From positions 1 to 52,111 of the forward strand of contig CAZNGY010000008.1 of the NCBI GenBank assembly GCA_964572955.1: a stretch of DNA of 52,111 nucleotides, written 5' to 3'. This stretch comes from an uncultured Lachnoclostridium sp. (GTDB lineage Bacteria; Bacillota; Clostridia; Lachnospirales; Lachnospiraceae). Position numbers and translations under genes: made by a program. The notes under the pieces were generated by a model. The model was given only the letters and a program-made list of their open reading frames with translations, ran no database searches and had not been told where the DNA came from. Shown here in pieces: positions 19,655-28,332 of the stretch (its first letter is position 1; each line of letters begins with the position of its first letter).

Positions 19655-20528
19655 CACTATCCTCCTCATCTGCCTTCAATATTTTATTCAAAACAGCTTC
19701 TTTTGACGGCTTTTTCGTTTTTCCGCCAAACAGCCATACTATAATCAAAATTATTACAAGCGGACCTGCTATACAAGGTACCACAATCATCGGATCAACC
19801 TGTGTTGCATCCGCAGAAACAATATTCGACATCGTAGCCGCTTCAATATTTTCTATTCTCTTCCCTCGAACCAATAACCTGTGAGAATTTATACCATATG
19901 GCGTACATGTAACCAGAGTCACATAATCCTCACCACTTACTATTTCCAACTTTTCCGTATCATCCGGTTCTACAACCGAAATCATGTCAATCTGATAGGT
20001 ATATGTTTCATTCAATACCGTTATCGTAAAAATATCACCGGTAACAAGCTTATCAAGATCACTGAAAAGCTTTGCTGACGGCAAACCTCTGTGTGCCATC
20101 ACAACCGCATGTGTTCCCTCACCTCCGACCGGAAGTGACGTTCCCTGCAAGTGACCGATTGCCACATTAAGCACTTCTTCGCTGGTTCCATGATAAACAG
20201 GTAATGAAATTCCTATCTGGGGTATTGTTACATATCCCATTATCCCGCTTCCCGTAATATCAAGAATTTCGTAATAATTCTCGAGCTGTTTATATTCAAT
20301 CATCGGAAAATTCAGCTCTGCCAACTCTTTATTATACTTCTCTGCCTCTTCAATCAGCATTTCATACCGGTCATCATCAAGTGCCTCAACACTTTCCCGG
20401 TATGATGCTATCGCCTCCGACTGGCTTTTTGTATTCCACCAGTTACTAAATGCGGGATAAATTGTTATGCCTATTCCTGCTATTAATATAAGAACTAATA
20501 ATACTGTTGAAATACTGCTTTTTTTCAA
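19632..20528 (-). CDS. class C (pilus-polymerizing) sortase
   Basis: 298 aa. N-terminal TM, HAVVMAHRG His region, TLVTCTPYG, a conserved Arg (LLVRGKR) and the C-terminal hydrophobic anchor typical of SrtC. TTG start preceded by GGGAGG. Confidence 0.85.
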   Translation of the reverse strand: MKKSSISTVLLVLILIAGIGITIYPAFSNWWNTKSQSEAIASYRESVEALDDDRYEMLIEEAEKYNKELAELNFPMIEYKQLENYYEILDITGSGIMGYVTIPQIGISLPVYHGTSEEVLNVAIGHLQGTSLPVGGEGTHAVVMAHRGLPSAKLFSDLDKLVTGDIFTITVLNETYTYQIDMISVVEPDDTEKLEIVSGEDYVTLVTCTPYGINSHRLLVRGKRIENIEAATMSNIVSADATQVDPMIVVPCIAGPLVIILIIVWLFGGKTKKPSKEAVLNKILKADEEDSDENKKDC

Positions 20529-20550
20529 ACTGCCTGCCTCCCATATATCC

Positions 20551-20573
20551 TGCCGGCAGTTTTACTGCCGGCA
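20551..20573 (-). other. intercistronic stem-loop between the backbone pilin and srtC
   Basis: Perfect palindrome TGCCGGCAGT-TTT-ACTGCCGGCA (10-bp GC-rich stem) without a U-tract. A second palindrome CGGATTAGTTAATCCG sits right after the pilin stop. Confidence 0.5.
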
Positions 20574-20614
20574 ACATATTGGTTTAGTTATACGGATTAG
20601 TTAATCCGCTTTTA

Positions 20615-22066
20615 TTATTTTTCGTTCTGAACTCTCTTCTTTGTTATAAGAGCAACTCCTGCTGCAACAATAAGGATTCCGCCGACTACATAGAGAATTG
20701 TTGTACCGATTCCACCTGTTGTAGGAAGTGAAGAACCTGATTTGTTCATAATCTGAGCTGTAATCTGACCTTTTGCTGTATCAGCAGTAAAGTTTTCATT
20801 GTTTACTGTTAAAGAATTAAGCTTTTCATCGCTGTGATCTGCTGTTATTGTAAACTCAATATCAGCAATCTTGTTATATCCTGTAGGAGCCTTTGTCTCT
20901 TTAAGAATATAGTCTCCGTCATCAAGACCTGTTAATGTAAACGTATCATTCTTAGAGCCTGAAACAGTAAATGCCTTAAGTGGAGTTTCTACACCTCCCA
21001 CCTTCTTATAAAGAGTAAATTCTGCTCCGGAAAGAGGATTCTTATTCTCATCAACCTTGTTTACGATATACTCATATGTAAATACGATGGCTGAATCTTC
21101 TACTGTTTTACCTGTATCATTTGTGTTATTAGGGTTATTTGAATACTCAAGCTGAGCCTTGTTAGGGTTTCCCTCTGCCCCTATAACAGCATTTTCATTA
21201 AGCTTAGCTGTATATTCTACGATTACACTCTTGTCTGCTGCTGCATTTTCTACAGCCTTTAAATCTGTTATTGTTACATGGAATGAACAATCATCACTGG
21301 TTGATGTTTCAACAGTATACTTTGATGAATCAATAACTGTACCATCAACATAAACCTTTACATCGTTGTTAAATGTAAGTCCTTTTGAAAGAGTATCATG
21401 AAATACTAATTCATACTTATCATAATCAGCAAAGTTTTCAGGCAATGCTGTTTTAAGAAGGAATGGTACGTCATCTCCGATATCATAATCTGCAGAATCC
21501 TGCCATTCTGAGGTATTACCATTTGTGTCATTTACATCCTTAACACTTTTTGTTAATTCAGGCTGATCCTTTTTAGCTTTAATAGTTATGTTATCTGCCA
21601 CTACTTCAACAACATAAAGTGAATAACTCTCTGTGTTATTAGCTTTTCCTAAATCCTTGATAAGATAGTAGCCGCTCTCTACTTCAAGTGAGCTTGCGGA
21701 TGTTACTGTTCCGGCTGCATCGCTTTCTAAATTCACATAATTTAAAATTACTTCAAGCTTTTCTTTATCAGAACTGTTATTTACAGCGGTAAGAGCATTT
21801 ACAACGGCGTCGCCTACTGTATCTCCTACGTTTACGCTTTCACCAAGCTTAGCATTTTTTCCCCACTTAACATCAGCGAGCTTTATTATTGAGCCTTCAA
21901 CAGATGCCGTACCTGTGAAAATCTGGTACACTTCATAAGAATGATCGTCACCTTCTGCAACACTGATTGTGTACTTTGTTTCGTCAGCAAAAGCTGTCTG
22001 ACAAACCATTGCCGCAAGCATTGCTACCGTGAGTAAAACGCTTGCAATTTTTCTGATTCGTTTCAT
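20615..22066 (-). CDS. major (backbone) pilin candidate with E-box and LPXTG sorting signal
   Basis: Signal peptide MKRIRKIASVLLTVAMLAAMVCQTAFA (internal ATG preceded by AAAGGAGAAC; the ORF track extends to 22120). E-box-like YILKETKAPTGY. C-terminal LPTTGG + TM + KKR. Confidence 0.7.
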   Translation of the reverse strand: MKRIRKIASVLLTVAMLAAMVCQTAFADETKYTISVAEGDDHSYEVYQIFTGTASVEGSIIKLADVKWGKNAKLGESVNVGDTVGDAVVNALTAVNNSSDKEKLEVILNYVNLESDAAGTVTSASSLEVESGYYLIKDLGKANNTESYSLYVVEVVADNITIKAKKDQPELTKSVKDVNDTNGNTSEWQDSADYDIGDDVPFLLKTALPENFADYDKYELVFHDTLSKGLTFNNDVKVYVDGTVIDSSKYTVETSTSDDCSFHVTITDLKAVENAAADKSVIVEYTAKLNENAVIGAEGNPNKAQLEYSNNPNNTNDTGKTVEDSAIVFTYEYIVNKVDENKNPLSGAEFTLYKKVGGVETPLKAFTVSGSKNDTFTLTGLDDGDYILKETKAPTGYNKIADIEFTITADHSDEKLNSLTVNNENFTADTAKGQITAQIMNKSGSSLPTTGGIGTTILYVVGGILIVAAGVALITKKRVQNEK

Positions 22067-22136
22067 AATGTTCTCCTTTTCTTTTCGGCTGTGCCGATAA
22101 TATATCTTAATTGTTTTCACAAATTAAGCTTCTTTT

Positions 22137-22715
22137 TTAACGTGGCAATTTTCCAAATTCACTAAGAGGCCACAATCTTAAAATTACGGTTCCGATTACA
22201 TTTTCCTCTGCAATACAGCCAATTTCATCCGTTCGGCTATCAACCGAAGTTGCTCTATTGTCACCCATTACAAAATACCGGTCTGCCGGAACCTCATAAG
22301 GAAATTCTATGTCACAATCCCCTTTTGCTTTATTGATCACATAATTTTCTTCAAGCAGTTCACCGTTTACATAAATATTTCCGTCTGAATCTATATTTAC
22401 AGTATCTCCAGACACCGCTATAACTCTTTTCAAAAGAATTTTGTTGTTATGATAAAAAGCTATTATATCTCCGCTTTCAAACGTTCCCTGTCTCCTGCAG
22501 ATTACAAGCTGGTCATTTTCCATAGTAGGATTCATACTGTTTCCCGTAACTCTTAAAACCGGAAGTACCAGAGTTGCTATCAACACTGCTATTGCAGAGA
22601 CTACAATCAGAGAAGAAACCGTGCTTTTAAAAATTCTTATGTAATCACTTCTATACTTTCTTTTTCTAACGACATTTTCCAACTGTTCTGTCGTAGGCAG
22701 GTTGTCCTTTTGCAT
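22137..22715 (-). CDS. signal peptidase I (S26) embedded in the pilus operon, SipA/LepA-like position
   Basis: TM anchor, then SPase I boxes GNSMNPT (Ser), LLKRVIAVSGD (Lys) and GDNRATSVDSR. Start chosen at MQKDNL with a GAAGGAGAAAG RBS; the longer ORF would overlap the upstream small ORF. Confidence 0.85.
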   Translation of the reverse strand: MQKDNLPTTEQLENVVRKRKYRSDYIRIFKSTVSSLIVVSAIAVLIATLVLPVLRVTGNSMNPTMENDQLVICRRQGTFESGDIIAFYHNNKILLKRVIAVSGDTVNIDSDGNIYVNGELLEENYVINKAKGDCDIEFPYEVPADRYFVMGDNRATSVDSRTDEIGCIAEENVIGTVILRLWPLSEFGKLPR

Positions 22716-22731
22716 ACAAAACTTTCTCCTT

Positions 22732-22983
22732 CTATGACTTCGGTGAAGGTTTCTGCTCACCGGAACCATCATCCTTAAGAAGCCATCCGCAGAAGGCATC
22801 AACCTTACTGTTTGTTTCCTTCAGCAATCTGAGTATTTCACTGCCTGTCCCATTTTTTTCTTCTGCAAGCTTTGCTCTGAGTTCAATATTTTCATCTCTC
22901 AGCTCGTCAAGCTCACGCCGAAGAAGAAGCAGTATTTCCAGAAGTTCAGATTTACTGAGTTTTTTTAACTCTTTTTCCGTCAT
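22732..22983 (-). CDS. small coiled-coil hypothetical protein (83 aa) inside the pilus operon
   Basis: Heptad leucine-rich ELKKLSKSELLEILLLLRRELDELRDENIELRAKLAEEK. Fits exactly between the adhesin stop and the SPase start. No recognisable family. Weak RBS. Confidence 0.4.
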   Translation of the reverse strand: MTEKELKKLSKSELLEILLLLRRELDELRDENIELRAKLAEEKNGTGSEILRLLKETNSKVDAFCGWLLKDDGSGEQKPSPKS

Positions 22984-23045
22984 AAATCACCAACCGGCAG
23001 ACGATGTCACGGACATGAGCCGTCCGTCTCCACCGCCTGACTAAG

Positions 23046-26000
23046 TTATATTTTTGATGCTTTTTTTCTGATACCGAGTACCGCTCCTGCCAATGCCATA
23101 ACGGCAAATCCTGCAATCACCGCATACATACCGCCGTTTCCTCCGGTTTCAGGAAGTTCCACAGTGTCAAGTTTGTCGAGCGTATTGGTTAATGTTATGT
23201 TACCATTCATTCCCGAACCATTTCCGGAAATCGATGAAACAAAACCATCAACCGCATCCTCAACCACATAGTAATACAATTCTTTTCCGTCTTCATCTTT
23301 AAGAGAAAGTCCCTCTATCTGAAGAGTCCAACCGTCTGCTGCACTAAGTTTGTAATCATTAATCTTTGTAAGATTATTTGAATCCGGAAGTGTAGCACTC
23401 TTTATTGTTGAAGAATAAAGCGTTATCGAAATGTCACTTGGTGGGTTTTTAAGTTCATTACCGTTTCTGTCAAGCCATACCTTATTTATAAAGATGCCTT
23501 TTGAATTGATAACCGTAATCTTACCGCCTGAACCTGACACACCATTATTATCATATATTGGTGTAAAGCCCTCAACATCTGTTAATTCCTTAACGTAGTA
23601 ATAGTACTTTCTTCCGTATGCGTCAACACTGTCAAGGTTATCCCATGAATATGTCCATTTACCATCCGTACCACCCATAGAGATTTTTTCCATTAACTCT
23701 GCACCCGCAGGAACATCTCCTGAATCAGAACTCGTTAATGAACGATAAAGACCAAATTCGATTGTTTGCCCATCGTGCTTATCATTTCCGTCTGACCAGA
23801 TTTTCTCAATGTTAATCGAAACCTTTTTGCGGTTTTTTATATTGAGAGTGTTTCCTACTAATAAGGAAGTAATCTTCGATGTATGCACATCGTTACCTTC
23901 AGCATCAGTAAAATATTTACTGTTCAATGAAGAAATGAATTTTGATAAATCAGTATCATATACAAAATACTTATTATCACTGTAAGTCGTGTCATAACCT
24001 TCCGGAAAATCAACTTCTTCCAAGTAGTAAAGTGTATCCGAGTCTAACTTGAGTATAAACTCAGCTCCCTGCACTGTTGTATAGAAAAGACTCTCCGTTG
24101 GCTTTGTATCTGACCATGTCTTAACCACACTGTGACCTGCTTCATTTTTTTGAAGCTCTGTTGCATATACCCATTTCTTTGTTGTCGGCTCATACTTTGA
24201 AAGAACAAATCCCGCCTTGAGCTTTGTTCCCGTATCAGTTGCATCTACCTTACCGATTGTAAGTTCAAGCAATACCTTTGCTTCCGATGTATCATGTGCA
24301 ACGAAATCCGAACTATTACTGTCAAATGCCTGTCCGTACTGTGTATCTGCCGAAACAATGTTTGTTACCGGCATTGAATAGATTTCATCTGATGATGCCT
24401 GATAAACATATGTGATTCTCAGGTGTGTACTGTCAGGCACATCCATTTTAAGTTCCGCATCACCAAGCTTTTCATAATGTGTTATCTCAGCTTTTGCTGA
24501 TGTTGCAATTGTATAATCCGGAAGCCAGTCTGACTTTTTAAACAACACATATACATCGCCAGTAACCGTTTCATCAGATTCGGCTATAAATGAACATACC
24601 CAATTTCCCTCACTATCCTTCTTAGGCTGTGAGACAATTGTCAAATATTTTTTATTAGTCCATTGATTTATATAAAATACTGCAACCTCACTTATTACTG
24701 CATCCACATCTCCGCCTGACAGCGTTACAGTAAATTCATCACCATTTTTCACTCCCGGAATCGAAAATCCATCATATTTCCACTTCCAGTTATCATGTTC
24801 ACTATCTGTTGCCGGACTCATTGTTACTTCAGTAGTTGTAACCTTTTCCGGATTACTTGTGAACGTGTATGATGGAGTAGGAACAAGAGCCGTTGCATTG
24901 CCTTCACTGTCAACCTTCTCAAACTTTATGCTCTGAATCGACATATTGATAAGGTCCGCCGGACTTGCGTTGACCAAATAGCCCTTTTCGCCATTGTCAT
25001 TTACCTTATAGTAATAGGAACCGAATTTAAGCATATCAGTAAGGGTAACAATATCTTTTCCGTCTACCAGATCAAGCCCCATCGGATTGAATTCAACCGT
25101 ATATTCTATGTATCCGCCGACTGTCTGATTTGCAGATTTGTTTAAAGTGTCATCCGGAAGGAAATACTTAGGAGTTCCCGGTTCTACCGTAGTAGTCACC
25201 TTTGAAGTAGTATCAGTATCGTTTACGTCTTTAGCCTCATTGCTTATATCAAGACTGCCGCTTTCCAACTTGCCGTCAAGTGTTTTTATAGGAATATAAG
25301 CAGCATACTCAATAATAATTCTTTCACTCCCTACGAAACTACTGTAAAGAATAAACTTCACATTTTGCGTATCTCCGTCAATGCTCGTTTCGTATCTTCC
25401 ACGATAATCATTTTTTCCGAACATGTCTGAATATGTAAGTTTCCGTGTTCCATCAGCGTTCGTATAGTATAAATCGTCACTTGTTTCGAGAAGCCTGAAT
25501 CCCTCCGGCAGCTTATCAGATATATCTATTTCCTGATTATTGTACTCACCGTTTTCATTTAGAGTTATCTTCCATCTGAAAATATAGCAGTCCGTAAGTT
25601 TGCCATTAATTTCTACCCTCTGTGTTTCAAGCTTATCCGCATTTATAGGGCTTTCATAAACAGTTGTCTTTTCAAGCTTAACATCTCTTACAACATCGTA
25701 AGTGCCTTCTTTTTCTGCTTTAAATTTATCATCGTCATCCGCACTTACGGTATTCTTGAATACTACCTTATCTCCGGTACTCGTTCCATCAAGAGATATT
25801 TCCGATTCATAACTTACCCTGATTTCCTTTATTTCAGAAAACTTGGTTTTATCCGGATCCACAAGTTTTATTTCAAATCCTTTGCCTTCTTCATCCATTG
25901 TCAAGGTGTAATCAGTGTCCTTTACCAATGAACTGCTGCTTCCGCTAATCGGTACCACATCTACCTTTACGGAATCGGCTTTTATACTGAATTCAAGCTT

Positions 26001-28025
26001 ATCCCCACCCTTAATTTCGGATGTCATTGAATCGCTAATGGCAAAGCTGTCTTCAAAAACGTCCTTGTCACCATATAAATTAATCGTCCATGGTACAATA
26101 AGTTTTGTCTTATCATCCGAAAGCTTTGTAGTTCCAAGATCTTTTCTTGCAGATTTTTGTTTTTCATACGTTATTGTCTTGTCAGCTTCCAATGATATTT
26201 TATCTTTTTCTGCACTTACCTCATTTACTGTTGTATATGTTCCATCAGCATTTTTCGTTGAAAGCTCTTCATCATCGGCATCAGTATAATAGACAATGTC
26301 AATTGACCGTTTTCCCTGCCAATCCGGTATGAGCACACTTTCATCCACAGTGAGCTTTATCGTTCCGTCATCCTGAGCAGTATAAGTCACCCCGTTCGTC
26401 ATGGACACATCATACTTTCCGTCCTTAATTGCCTTACACAATCCCTTGTCCGTGATAACAAATCCATCAAGTCCTATACCGTCATCCGAGACATTATCCG
26501 TAAGTTTAATCGTCCATCTTATCTTGCCGCTGCCGTTATCTGCATAACCGCCCTTTTCAAGAGAGAACTGATTACGTTCTACTGTTTTCTCACTGTTTTT
26601 CCATGCAGTATTCTCCGGTGTCGAAATTGTTGCCGTGTTTTTATACCCATCATCCGACGCATCGGCACGATTAGGTGTCGTTATATAAGTAATTTCTATT
26701 TTTTTATTTTCAGTTCCCTCAGGAAACTTAATATACGGCTGTTCCCAGTTATTTTCTACTTGAATGACTTCAAATCCCGTAATTTCGGTTTTAGTCTCGC
26801 CATCCACGCCATTTATTTTAATAGAACCTGCATCAAGTCCTTTAAAAGCACTGTCCTTTAATATGAACTGATTGAAATCTGCACCTGTCGGATTGTCTAT
26901 GGTAATCGTCCAGGTGATTTTATCAGTATCACTGTCTGTCTGAACTCCGTATTCTATCTGTGCATTTTTTGAAATATTTATCTGTGAGTCCATTCTCACT
27001 GATTCTTTTTCCGTTTTTACGGTAGTTTCGTCAGGATCACGAAGACTAACCTCGTTGTTGTAAGTAGACCCGTTAATCAGTTCCTCCACTGTCGGATAGG
27101 TAACGTAGGTAATTGTCACTTCCTCAGCTTCCGTATCTCCCAATGTAAGTTTTTTGCTGTCTGCATCATAGCTCCACTCTCCATCATCCAAGGAACATGT
27201 AATGTTCTTTGCATCCTTGAACATCTTATCATCAAGAGTCAGATCCTTCAGGTTCGATTTTTTAGGATTCTGAAGCTTTACCGTCCATGCAATTGAACCA
27301 TCTTCATTAACACTGCCGGTTTTTTCAACTGACATCGGTCCATATTTGTAGCCGGAGACAGTAATCTCCCCTTCAGTTTTATCCTCCGTATTAAAATCAA
27401 AATTAATATCATCTTTGTCATCTTCGTTTTTCTTGCTGACATCTGCCGAAAATGAAAGGAACGCGGTCTTTTTATTGTCCTTGCTTACACTCAGCACGCT
27501 TTCCCTGAACTCATCATTAAACCTGATTACAACAAGGCCATTATCTTCAACTCTGTATGTACCTACAACCTTTCCTCCGTATACAACATTTCCAAGAGTA
27601 TCTGCGTCAGGATAACCGCCTGTTTTTACATTAATCAAGGCATTACCGCCTACATCTTCATTAAGATCATAGTATATGTAGTTACTTTTCTTCAACATTT
27701 CATCATACAACGAGAAATACATTTCGAATTTAACATTTATACTGCCGTCTCCGTCAATATCACCGACAATATTTCCGTTTTCATCCTTTGACTGCTCCAC
27801 GTTTACATTTGTAATGTCAGGAACGAAATGATACCAGTCATCTCCCGGTTTAGTATACGGACACGTAACTCCTCCTGCATCTTCAAGACTGACAGCCGGT
27901 TTAATAAGTCCTTTGGTCACAAACACAACCGCAACCAATGACAGGAATACCGATATTCCCAGCACAAATCTTCTGATTCTGCCATTCCTTACTGCCTGCT
28001 CAATTTTTCTATCTGAATTTTTCAT
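23046..28025 (-). CDS. giant LPXTG cell-wall-anchored adhesin (pilus tip adhesin candidate)
   Basis: 1659 aa. Signal/TM at the N-terminus. Thr/Asp/Lys-rich repetitive Ig-like composition. C-terminal LPETGG + hydrophobic segment + RKKASKI. First gene of the operon downstream of a consensus promoter. Confidence 0.7.
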   Translation of the reverse strand: MKNSDRKIEQAVRNGRIRRFVLGISVFLSLVAVVFVTKGLIKPAVSLEDAGGVTCPYTKPGDDWYHFVPDITNVNVEQSKDENGNIVGDIDGDGSINVKFEMYFSLYDEMLKKSNYIYYDLNEDVGGNALINVKTGGYPDADTLGNVVYGGKVVGTYRVEDNGLVVIRFNDEFRESVLSVSKDNKKTAFLSFSADVSKKNEDDKDDINFDFNTEDKTEGEITVSGYKYGPMSVEKTGSVNEDGSIAWTVKLQNPKKSNLKDLTLDDKMFKDAKNITCSLDDGEWSYDADSKKLTLGDTEAEEVTITYVTYPTVEELINGSTYNNEVSLRDPDETTVKTEKESVRMDSQINISKNAQIEYGVQTDSDTDKITWTITIDNPTGADFNQFILKDSAFKGLDAGSIKINGVDGETKTEITGFEVIQVENNWEQPYIKFPEGTENKKIEITYITTPNRADASDDGYKNTATISTPENTAWKNSEKTVERNQFSLEKGGYADNGSGKIRWTIKLTDNVSDDGIGLDGFVITDKGLCKAIKDGKYDVSMTNGVTYTAQDDGTIKLTVDESVLIPDWQGKRSIDIVYYTDADDEELSTKNADGTYTTVNEVSAEKDKISLEADKTITYEKQKSARKDLGTTKLSDDKTKLIVPWTINLYGDKDVFEDSFAISDSMTSEIKGGDKLEFSIKADSVKVDVVPISGSSSSLVKDTDYTLTMDEEGKGFEIKLVDPDKTKFSEIKEIRVSYESEISLDGTSTGDKVVFKNTVSADDDDKFKAEKEGTYDVVRDVKLEKTTVYESPINADKLETQRVEINGKLTDCYIFRWKITLNENGEYNNQEIDISDKLPEGFRLLETSDDLYYTNADGTRKLTYSDMFGKNDYRGRYETSIDGDTQNVKFILYSSFVGSERIIIEYAAYIPIKTLDGKLESGSLDISNEAKDVNDTDTTSKVTTTVEPGTPKYFLPDDTLNKSANQTVGGYIEYTVEFNPMGLDLVDGKDIVTLTDMLKFGSYYYKVNDNGEKGYLVNASPADLINMSIQSIKFEKVDSEGNATALVPTPSYTFTSNPEKVTTTEVTMSPATDSEHDNWKWKYDGFSIPGVKNGDEFTVTLSGGDVDAVISEVAVFYINQWTNKKYLTIVSQPKKDSEGNWVCSFIAESDETVTGDVYVLFKKSDWLPDYTIATSAKAEITHYEKLGDAELKMDVPDSTHLRITYVYQASSDEIYSMPVTNIVSADTQYGQAFDSNSSDFVAHDTSEAKVLLELTIGKVDATDTGTKLKAGFVLSKYEPTTKKWVYATELQKNEAGHSVVKTWSDTKPTESLFYTTVQGAEFILKLDSDTLYYLEEVDFPEGYDTTYSDNKYFVYDTDLSKFISSLNSKYFTDAEGNDVHTSKITSLLVGNTLNIKNRKKVSINIEKIWSDGNDKHDGQTIEFGLYRSLTSSDSGDVPAGAELMEKISMGGTDGKWTYSWDNLDSVDAYGRKYYYYVKELTDVEGFTPIYDNNGVSGSGGKITVINSKGIFINKVWLDRNGNELKNPPSDISITLYSSTIKSATLPDSNNLTKINDYKLSAADGWTLQIEGLSLKDEDGKELYYYVVEDAVDGFVSSISGNGSGMNGNITLTNTLDKLDTVELPETGGNGGMYAVIAGFAVMALAGAVLGIRKKASKI

Positions 28026-28131
28026 TTACCGAATTACCTCCAAAAACATACGGTTTTGATTTCTGTCAGATAAACTTTTCTTTTTATCTCTAAAAACGGG
28101 CGAACTTCCCCCAACCCATTTTCACACCTAT

Positions 28132-28160
28132 ATATTAATCACCTGAAGCAAATTTGTCAA
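28132..28160 (-). promoter_or_regulatory. sigma-A type promoter for the pilus operon
   Basis: On the minus strand: TTGACA - 17 nt - TAATAT, about 100 nt upstream of the adhesin ATG. Confidence 0.55.
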
Positions 28161-28242
28161 CCGCAGCAGTCATTTACACAAAAAATTAATAAATTTCAGA
28201 ATGCAAAACTTCTCAAGCAGCACCTGTATATAAAAAAAGCGA

Positions 28243-28271
28243 TTGACATAGTTTTTAAAACCACATATAAT
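28243..28271 (+). promoter_or_regulatory. perfect-consensus sigma-A promoter for degV
   Basis: TTGACA - 17 nt - TATAAT, about 60 nt upstream of the degV ATG. Divergent from the pilus promoter. Confidence 0.65.
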
Positions 28272-28332
28272 CAGTTTTAGAACGAAATAAGCAAAGAGTT
28301 TTCATAATATATGATAACCGTGGGAGGTAAAA

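Noticed and set aside
24044-27615. Small ORFs within the giant adhesin gene.
   Set aside because: The adhesin frame is uninterrupted for 1659 codons with coherent signal and sorting signals. The alternatives are shadow ORFs.
28026-28131. Possible structured attenuator in the roughly 100-nt pilus-operon leader (GGGGGAAGUUCGCCCGUUUUU).
   Set aside because: Only a 3-bp G-C stem can be drawn consistently. This is not convincing as a terminator or riboswitch.
28026-28332. Phase-variable invertible promoter (fim-like switch) for the pilus operon.
   Set aside because: There are no flanking inverted repeats around the promoter, and no recombinase or invertase gene in the vicinity.
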